Shown here in pieces: positions 30,019-37,274 of a stretch of DNA of 64,000 bases. Both the position numbers and the translations under genes were made by a program. Under the pieces are notes generated by a model. That model was not told where the DNA came from and searched no databases. It was given only the letters and a program-made list of their open reading frames with translations. The stretch comes from an uncultured Gemmatimonadaceae bacterium. GTDB lineage: Bacteria; Gemmatimonadota; Gemmatimonadetes; Gemmatimonadales; Gemmatimonadaceae. Numbering within the stretch: the first letter of the stretch is position 1; every line of letters begins with the position of its first letter. The stretch covers positions 1,408,001 to 1,472,000 of the forward strand of contig CAVXGK010000002.1 of NCBI GenBank assembly GCA_963761305.1. The letters are read 5' to 3'.

Positions 30019-30047
30019 GCCCCCGCTCGGCTAGGCCGAGCGGGGGC
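30019..30047. terminator. Perfect 13-bp GC hairpin between the porin-like gene and SulP
   Basis: gcccccgctcggc-tag-gccgagcgggggc; no strong U-tract. Confidence 0.45.
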
Positions 30048-30103
30048 GGTGGGCGTGGGGCGAGCGGTGTCAATCAATCCGCAGCCGGTCACGCCTGGGC
30101 GTT

Positions 30104-31498
30104 TCAGAAGCCCACGGTCCCGGTGATCATGAAGCCTTTGAACTGACCGCCGTACCGGATGTCCGTCGTCGGGAAGTCCAGGTACTTCTGGTTCACCCAC
30201 TCCAGCTTCCCGAGCACGTTCGGCGTCACGAACCACCCGCCGCCGATCTCGTAGCGGTCGACCTTCTGATCCGTGTAGGTGTTCGAGATCATCTCGCCGG
30301 TCAGCGTGTTGTACCGGCCGCCGAGATAGAAGCGATCGCCCGCCAACCGATAGAGCGCCTCGTACACGTTCTGGTGCACCGTGCGCATCCGTAGCTCGGT
30401 GAACGCTCCACCAGTGGCCGTCTCGAAGTTTCCGAAGAACTCGGCGCCGCCGATCTTGAGGAACGGATTCAGGACTTCGGCGTTGACCTTGTTCGAGAAG
30501 CCCGGGTGCACTTCGCCCGACCACGCGTTGGCCGTTTCCGTCGAGGCCGTGTTCTCGAGCACGTCGTAGAACGGCGAGCCGCCGCGGTCACCCGTGTACA
30601 GCGTGTTGCTCGCCGACTTGTTGTTCGCGTAGAACGAGCCGGTCAGGCGGAACCGAAGCTCATCGCCCAGCCTCTCGTCGAAGCCGAGCTTGCCGATGGT
30701 GCTCAGCGAGCGGGACTGCGGCGCGGTCACCTGGCCGTGCACCTCGCCGCCCGTCGCGCCGAGCATCGCGATCAGCCCTTCGGAGCGCGCATAGACCTCG
30801 GCGCCGATCTCGGTCGTGAACGCATCGAGGATGTAATTGCCGACGAACGGATTGAACATCGCGTTGCCGTTGTCGCTGCGGCGGAAGTGCGCGTCGCCGT
30901 AGTTGATCTCGTAGTCCCCGACTCGCATCGTGACGTATTTCATCACGCTCTTGAGGAGCGCGTTGTCGATCGGTGACTCGTCCATCAGGATGTAGCCGTC
31001 CTTGACCCACGACTCCTGGTGGTGCCGCGCCGAGAGATAGGACGTCATTGCCACGCGGATGCCCGGGGCGAGCTGGGCGTTCAGGTTGAGGTTGGCGACC
31101 GCGTTGTTGAAGCCGTGGCCGATCGTGATCAACTGATTCGAGTTTACGCCGTTGACGAGGACAGGTGCGGCGCCGTTCGCGTGCGCGAGGCCTTGGAACT
31201 CCTGCGTGAACGCGCCGCCGATCGAGAGGGCGAAGCCCGTGAACGGGACCTCGTCGTCCTTCGGCGACTCGAACACGTTCAGGCCGCGCATGTCCGCGGG
31301 ACGAATGTGGTTGATCTCCTTCAGTCGAAAGAGACTGACCGACTGCGGCGTGGTTTTCTTCGCCGTGTCCGTCGCCGATTTTTCGCTGCTCGTGGTCGAA
31401 TCCTTGCTACTGCCATTTGCCGGTTGCTGCGCGGCACCGCTTCCAGCGATCGCTGCGATCAGGATCGCCGCGAGACCGAGCGTCGTGTTGGTTTTCAT
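30104..31498 (-). CDS. Conserved hypothetical outer-membrane beta-barrel (porin-like) protein
   Basis: Sec signal peptide, alternating aromatic beta-strand pattern, C-terminal Phe (..MITGTVGF), strong GC3 codon bias. Confidence 0.75.
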   Translation of the reverse strand: MKTNTTLGLAAILIAAIAGSGAAQQPANGSSKDSTTSSEKSATDTAKKTTPQSVSLFRLKEINHIRPADMRGLNVFESPKDDEVPFTGFALSIGGAFTQEFQGLAHANGAAPVLVNGVNSNQLITIGHGFNNAVANLNLNAQLAPGIRVAMTSYLSARHHQESWVKDGYILMDESPIDNALLKSVMKYVTMRVGDYEINYGDAHFRRSDNGNAMFNPFVGNYILDAFTTEIGAEVYARSEGLIAMLGATGGEVHGQVTAPQSRSLSTIGKLGFDERLGDELRFRLTGSFYANNKSASNTLYTGDRGGSPFYDVLENTASTETANAWSGEVHPGFSNKVNAEVLNPFLKIGGAEFFGNFETATGGAFTELRMRTVHQNVYEALYRLAGDRFYLGGRYNTLTGEMISNTYTDQKVDRYEIGGGWFVTPNVLGKLEWVNQKYLDFPTTDIRYGGQFKGFMITGTVGF

Positions 31499-31646
31499 TG
31501 TCCTTTCTCCGGTCGGGGTGGAGCGTCGAGGTGTCGTGTTTCAGGAGCGCAGGTTCTGCTCGAACCTGGCCCGAAGCTACGGATCCCCCTCATTGCTATC
31601 CGTCCGGGAACACGGCCGAACGCGTGGTGGGTTGCTTGGTTTTTTT

Positions 31647-31663
31647 GTGGGGGAATCCCGGAC
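31647..31663. promoter_or_regulatory. 17-bp palindromic site upstream of the porin-like gene
   Basis: gtgggggaatcccggac next to a T-tract. Confidence 0.5.
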
Positions 31664-31767
31664 GGGGAAAAGGCGCTTCTTGCTGCCGGAGATTGCGGCC
31701 AAACTGAGGCACGTGGCGACGCGGTAGTCGGCCAGGATCGCCCCAACAGGATCGCCGATCGTTCTGT

Positions 31768-32790
31768 CTACAGTGACGAACTTTGAGAATGCGCGTCCAG
31801 CGGCACGGTCGCCGAGATGGTCGTGCCGTTCCCTTTCGCCGTGCGTACGTCGAGTCGGCCTTCGAGCAGATCCACTCGCTCGCGCATCGACGTCAGACCT
31901 ATGCCGGGCCGACGTGCCTCGGCCTCGTCGAGATCGAATCCGATGCCGTCGTCGTGAACGCTGAGAGTCGCCTCGTCAGCGGTTCGACGCACCGAGACCC
32001 GAATTCGCTTCGCGGAGGCGTGTGTCGCGGCATTGCGGACCGCCTCCTGCGCGACTCTATAGAGTACGCCTTCGACGTCACGGGCCAATCGATTCGTGCC
32101 CACGTCGATTTGGACGTCGACGTCGATCCCGCTTCCGTTGGAGGCATCGCGAGCCAGCTTGCGGAGCGCCGCTTCCAGTCCGAGGTCGTCGAGGACGCCG
32201 GGGTGCAGCTGGTGCGACAGGGCGCGAATCTCGTGCAGCGATTCTTCGATTGCGTCGCGCACACCGCGGACCCGGTCGGACATGAGATGGTCGCTCGTGT
32301 CGCGAGCAGCTGCCGAGAGCTGCAGCAGCACGGCGGCGAGCTGTTGCGCCACGGAGTCGTGGAGCTCTCGCGCCAATGTCGCGCGCTCGCGGTCGCCGGC
32401 GGCGATGAGCTCCGCGGCAAGTTCTCGCATCCTCGCGCGATCGGCTGCCAATCCGTCGAGAAGAATGTTGAACATCGACCCGACCCGGAGCACTTGGCGG
32501 TCGACGACACTCGATCGCTCAACGCGCGCGCCATAGTCACCCTGCCAAACGCGCGCGGCAACGCTCTCCAGGTCGCGAATCGGATGCAACGCGACCAAGA
32601 GAAGGAGGAGATGCAACGTGACCACGGCGATGAGCGCGGTCACCACGACGCCATCGATCGGCTCACCGGCCATGAGCCACATCGTCGTCAGCAGCGCGAC
32701 GACGAGGAGGTTGGCCCCGACCAGCTTCGCGGCCAGCGGTGCTCTCAGCGCGGTGAGGCGGATGCCTCGCCGCGCCTCGAACGACCTCAC
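31768..32790 (-). CDS. Sensor histidine kinase (HisKA_3; two TM helices, HAMP-like linker)
   Basis: ERATLARELHDSVAQ, LHPGVLDDLGL, YRVAQEAVRNA, HDDGIGF, GIGLTSMRER; GTG overlaps the MCO stop. Confidence 0.92.
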   Translation of the reverse strand: MRSFEARRGIRLTALRAPLAAKLVGANLLVVALLTTMWLMAGEPIDGVVVTALIAVVTLHLLLLLVALHPIRDLESVAARVWQGDYGARVERSSVVDRQVLRVGSMFNILLDGLAADRARMRELAAELIAAGDRERATLARELHDSVAQQLAAVLLQLSAAARDTSDHLMSDRVRGVRDAIEESLHEIRALSHQLHPGVLDDLGLEAALRKLARDASNGSGIDVDVQIDVGTNRLARDVEGVLYRVAQEAVRNAATHASAKRIRVSVRRTADEATLSVHDDGIGFDLDEAEARRPGIGLTSMRERVDLLEGRLDVRTAKGNGTTISATVPLDAHSQSSSL

Positions 32791-33875
32791 GCCTGAACCA
32801 CCAGCGCGGTCACCATCCCGAACATTCCTTGCCCGGATTCGGCGTGCGGCAGGATGTGACAGTGAAAGGCCCATGTTCCCGGATTGTTGCAGTTGACGAT
32901 CACGTCCCAGCGTTCGCCGGGCGCCACGTTCAGCGTGTCGCACCGCCACGGCGCGGGGACCGGCCATCCGTCCTTCGCGATGACGGTCATGTGCATGCCG
33001 TGCAGGTGCATCGGGTGGATCATCATCCCTTCATTCATGAAGCGGATGCGAACTTTCTGTCCGAGCTTCGCGACGATCGGCTGCGTCGCGGGAAAACTCT
33101 TTCCGTTGAACGTGTACCCGTGCGCGCCGTCGTTGAGGATGAACACTTGATCCACGTTCGGCGTGTCGTCCTTCGTCTTCGCTTTCGGCTCGACGATGAA
33201 CGCGCCGAGCAGGCCCAGACCCACTTGCTTCGCCGAGTCGTGGTGCGAGTGGTACATGTGCGAGCCGTGGTTCGGCACCACGAACTCGTACGTGAACGAC
33301 GCGCCCGGTTTCACGGGCGGCTGTGTGATGAACGGAACGCCGTCCATCGCGTTGGGCAGCTCGAGCCCGTGAAAGTGAATCGCCGTCGATTCGGGGAGCT
33401 GGTTGTGAAGAATCACCTTCACGCGGTCGCCCAACGTGACGCGAATCTGCGGGCCGGGTACCTGGTCGTTATACGCCCACGCCTCTACCGAGCGGCCGGG
33501 CTCCGTCTCCCACTGAATCTTTTTCGCCGTCAGCTCAAAGACCTTCACGCCGTTCTCCAGGCGCGGCTCCAGGAGCTGGTTGCCCATGCCCGCCGTCTTC
33601 GCCGGAAAGGCCTTGATGCCCTTCTCGTGCATCGCGTCCATCGAGTCGGCCGCCGAGAGCGCAGCCGCGCCGGAGGAGGTGTCGTTGGCGCCCATCGTGC
33701 CGCCGGTTTGCCCCGCGTGCTGCGCAACCGCTTGTGCGGCGGCCGGCGCCTTGGGCGACTCGGCCTTGCAGGCCGTCGCGAACCCGGCAAAGAAAGCGAC
33801 CGCACCACCTTCGCGCAGAAAGCGGCGTCGGGAGGTGGTGCGGTCGAACAGGTCCAACTCAGATCGTTCAGACAT
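32787..33875 (-). CDS. Tat-exported two-domain multicopper oxidase (probable lipoprotein)
   Basis: SRRRFLR signal and FATAC lipobox; HFHG, MYHSH, HPMHLHG, FHCHILPH...GM copper ligands. Confidence 0.92.
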   Translation of the reverse strand: MSERSELDLFDRTTSRRRFLREGGAVAFFAGFATACKAESPKAPAAAQAVAQHAGQTGGTMGANDTSSGAAALSAADSMDAMHEKGIKAFPAKTAGMGNQLLEPRLENGVKVFELTAKKIQWETEPGRSVEAWAYNDQVPGPQIRVTLGDRVKVILHNQLPESTAIHFHGLELPNAMDGVPFITQPPVKPGASFTYEFVVPNHGSHMYHSHHDSAKQVGLGLLGAFIVEPKAKTKDDTPNVDQVFILNDGAHGYTFNGKSFPATQPIVAKLGQKVRIRFMNEGMMIHPMHLHGMHMTVIAKDGWPVPAPWRCDTLNVAPGERWDVIVNCNNPGTWAFHCHILPHAESGQGMFGMVTALVVQA

Positions 33876-33966
33876 CGTTCGCTCGTCAGAGGTGATGGGT
33901 GCGAATCTCGGGTCGTGTCCGTCCTGTCTCAGTCAGCGATCGGTGGAAATCCCGAAAGGGATTCCC

Positions 33967-34608
33967 TTACTTCGGGGCGTCCTTGTCGGCGACCGCGGCC
34001 GCGATCGCCTTGGCGGTGACGGTCAGCGCGAAATTGACTTTCACTTCGTCGCCCGTGCGCAGTGTGCCGAAGATCGCCGTCGGTGGCTTGATACCGTAGT
34101 CCGTCATCTTGATCGGGACGACGCCGGTCGCTTTCACCGTTCCATCGGGCATTCGCGTCGCCGTGACGTCCATGGCGAGCGTGTTTTCCTTTCCGGCAAG
34201 CGTCAGTGTGCCCGTCGTCTTGAGCGTGAAGCCGTCCGCTTCACCGGGCACTGCGTCGAACGTCGCCATGATGTAACTGATCTCCGGCGACGCGTCGGCC
34301 TTGAGCGCCTTGTACACGTTGCCGTCCATGCCGCCGTGGTCGCACTTGAGCGATTTCACCGGCACCTTCACTTCCACTCGCTTGAGCAGCTTCGGTGTGG
34401 CGGTCGCGAGGTCCGCCACGGCCGCCGCGTCGAGCTCGATCGCCGCGTCGAACTTCTCGGCGGCACAGCTCCAGCCGTGCAGATTGGACGTCCCTTCGAT
34501 CCACAGCTTGCTGTCCGGAGCAACGGAAACGCGCGTTGTCGCTTGTCCCGCGGCGGTGGCGGCGAGTGCGCCGAGAAGCGCTGCGGCTGCGACGTAGGCT
34601 CTGGTCAT
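33967..34608 (-). CDS. YceI-family protein
   Basis: Signal peptide; SKLWIEGTSNLHGW, VPVKSLK, GTLTLAG, MTDYGIKPPTAIFG; ATG at 34608 with RBS. Confidence 0.88.
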   Translation of the reverse strand: MTRAYVAAAALLGALAATAAGQATTRVSVAPDSKLWIEGTSNLHGWSCAAEKFDAAIELDAAAVADLATATPKLLKRVEVKVPVKSLKCDHGGMDGNVYKALKADASPEISYIMATFDAVPGEADGFTLKTTGTLTLAGKENTLAMDVTATRMPDGTVKATGVVPIKMTDYGIKPPTAIFGTLRTGDEVKVNFALTVTAKAIAAAVADKDAPK

Positions 34609-34708
34609 CGTTCCTTCCTCCGAGTGTCGATCGAGGCTGCGGCCGGTTGGCGTGCAAGGCTCGGCATCGATTCTGGAGTGAAGATCGGGTCGCGAGGCGG
34701 CGACCAGA

Positions 34709-34790
34709 GTCGGGGGGAGGACGAAATCCGGTGCGGGTTCCTCGTGGTGCGTTGTCGTGAAATGCCTGACGGGGTCGGAATGCCGCAGAA
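34709..34790. promoter_or_regulatory. Phased 17-bp sites upstream of yceI
   Basis: gtcggggggaggacgaa (34709), gtgcgggttcctcgtgg (34731), gtcgtgaaatgcctgac (34754), gtcggaatgccgcagaa (34774). Confidence 0.5.
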
Positions 34791-34866
34791 CGATTCGAGC
34801 CAATCACTCGGAAGTGATTGGCTCGTCGATAGCAGGCGTGGGACTCGGACCCACGACCCCGGCATT
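34786..34866 (-). repeat. att-like direct repeat: 3' half of tRNA-Met plus downstream hairpin
   Basis: 75 of 81 nt match 55869-55949 by manual alignment; similarity ends at the anticodon loop. Confidence 0.93.
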
Positions 34867-35046
34867 TGGAGTTCGACTTTGCCCAAGGCTGAAGTCGTTC
34901 TCCCCTCTGAAGAGGCGGAATAACGCGGAACCGAAAAGCAAGAAAGGATGCAAGCGTGGGTACCATAGTGGGTACCTATCGCTACACGACCGCCCGAACC
35001 GCGCTCTAAGTTGCTCGTTCACGAACGTGAGGGGCGTCCCGCTCAC

Positions 35047-35277
35047 TCACTGCGCGGGGACCGGCCGCGACATCGCTCGGCGCGCCATCAACAGGAGGAC
35101 GATTCCAAACACGAGCATCACTAGCCCCCACCAAAGATTCACGTTCGCACCCGAGGAACGATCGGGCCCTCCAGTGCTCCGGGACGCGAATAGTCCGTAG
35201 CCGGTGAGCATCGCCCCGAGCACGGTGAACAGTCCGCCGATCGGCGCGCGGATGTCCAGCCCTTCCGGTGCATTCAT
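35047..35277 (-). CDS. Small two-helix membrane protein associated with SSS symporter
   Basis: GLDIRAPIGGLFTVLG...NVNLWWGLVMLVFG; lies directly downstream of the symporter. Confidence 0.75.
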   Translation of the reverse strand: MNAPEGLDIRAPIGGLFTVLGAMLTGYGLFASRSTGGPDRSSGANVNLWWGLVMLVFGIVLLLMARRAMSRPVPAQ

Positions 35278-35289
35278 GAGAATGCCGCC

Positions 35290-37052
35290 TCAGAGAAAGA
35301 GAAGATTCAAGCCGATGACGAGCACGATCACCACCATCGCGAGGGACACAGGGCGCTTGTACCACGGGACGTCCCCGTCCTTCGGCTTCGGCGTGAGCGA
35401 GTAGACCAGCCCCACGAGTTCCGGTTCTTCGCGCGGACGCGTCCAGAGGCTCACCACGATGGTCACGACGAAGCACGTCGTCCACGCCACGATCGCCGTC
35501 CAGAATGTCTGCGCAAGCTCGCTTCGATATATGTGCATCACACCGAAGTAGCCCCCTTTCACTCCCACGCTCGCCCCCATCGGCAGCGTCAGGCCGTGGT
35601 GCACCGCGGCGCCGATGGTGCCCGCGAGAAGACCGGTGAACGCAGCATGACCCGTCGTGCGCTTCCAGAACATCCCTAACGCGAAGGTAGCGAACAGCGG
35701 CGCGTTCACGAAGGCGAACACGAGCTGCAGCAGATCCATGATGTTGTTGAACGAGCCGGCGACGTATGCCGCTGCGATCGATAGCAGAATCCCGCCGACC
35801 GTCGCCACTCGTCCCATCCGCAGGTAGTGCTCGTCCGATTCGCCGGACCGGATGTGGCTCTGGTAGATGTCATACGTCCACACCGTATTGAACGCGGTCA
35901 CGTTCCCCGCCATCCCGGACATGAACGATGCGAGCAGAGCGGTGAGTCCGAGCCCGAGCATCCCGGACGGGAAGAGCCTCACGAGCATCATGGGCGTCGC
36001 GAGATCGTAGTCCAGCACGGCGCGTCCCGCGCTGTCGATCAGTGGAGCCCCGGTCGCTCCCAGCTTGGCAGGAATCATCCCCCCCCCATCCCGGCGCCAT
36101 GGCCAACCGTGAGCGCCAGCGCGATCATCCCCGGCAGAATGACGAGAAAGGGGAAAAGCATCTTCGGGAACGCGGCGATGAGCGGGGTGCGGCGTGCCGC
36201 CGTCATGGAATCGGCCGCCATCGCCCGCTGCACGACGAGGAAATCGGTGCACCAGTACCCGAACGACAGCACGAATCCCAGCCCCATGACCAGCCCAAAC
36301 CACTCCACGCCGATCGGATTGTCCGCCGAATTGCCCAATCCTCGCCACGCGTTCGTGTACGCCTGGGGCGGGAGTCCGTTCGAGACGGCAGCGGCGCTCA
36401 GTTTGGACATCAGCCCGCCCCACCCTCCCACTGAACGAAGTCCCAGGAACACCAGTGGCGCAAAACCGAACACGATCAGGAAGAACTGCAGCACCTCATT
36501 GTAGATGGCGCTCGTCAACCCGCCGAGTGTGACGTAGGCGAGCACGATCGCCGCCGAGGCGAGCACGCTGGTGTCGAAGCTCCAACCGAGCAGGAGATGA
36601 AAGAGCTTCCCCATCGCGTACATCGAAATCCCCGATGAGAAAATCGTCATCACGGCGAACGTCGCCGCGTTGAGCGTGCGCGTCTTCTCATCGAACCGGA
36701 GTTTGAGGTACTCCGGCACCGAGCGCGCCCGCGATCCGTAATAGAAAGGCATCATGAACAGCCCGACGAATACCATCGCCGGAATCGCACCCACCCAGTA
36801 GAAATGGCTTGTCGCGATGCCGTACTTGGCCCCCGAGGCCCCCATCCCGATCACTTCCTGCGCGCCGAGGTTCGCCGAGATGAATGCGAGCCCAGTCACC
36901 CAAGCCGGAAGCGCCTTTCCGGCGAGGAAAAAATCGGTGCTCGTTCGCATGGCGCGCTTGAGCGCCATGCCCACGCCGAGCACTGCCACGAAGTACACCG
37001 CCATGATCGCGTAGTCGATCGCCGCCAACTGGGTGATCGGAGTTCCGTTCAT
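35290..37052 (-). pseudogene. Sodium:solute symporter (sugar type), frameshifted in a G9 tract at 36079-36087
   Basis: The N-half (DFFLAG, SANLGAQE, SVPEYLKLRF, GYWCTDFLVVQR) and C-half (ASFMSGMAGN...FNTVWTYDIY) change frame at the homopolymer. Confidence 0.88.
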
Positions 37053-37274
37053 GTGTACGCGTGTTGTGAGGGAGATGATCGGCGACTGCGGATCCTTCGC
37101 TTCGCTCAACCCGACATCAAGACTCAGCGCGGGGGTATTGACAGACTCCTGCCCGACATACCGATTGGTGGCGTCGCACGAATCGTTACGCCGTTGTGAC
37201 TCGAAGGCTCGGGTGACCGCAACGCGGCTTCAACCTGCCGCCATCCCGGGGCCGGCAGGCCCACCAAAAATCCA

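Noticed and set aside
29965..30103. Possible riboswitch upstream of SulP
   Set aside because: Only a single GC hairpin is evident; no conserved aptamer sequence recognised.
34829..34866. Apparent third tRNA gene
   Set aside because: Only the 3' half is present, with a T-loop change (GGTCCGA) and an acceptor-stem mismatch; treated as an att remnant.
37138..37195. TTGACA promoter and LacI-like operator upstream of susC
   Set aside because: The -35 hexamer is exact but there is no convincing -10 at 16-18 bp, the palindrome is weak, and no LacI gene is present.
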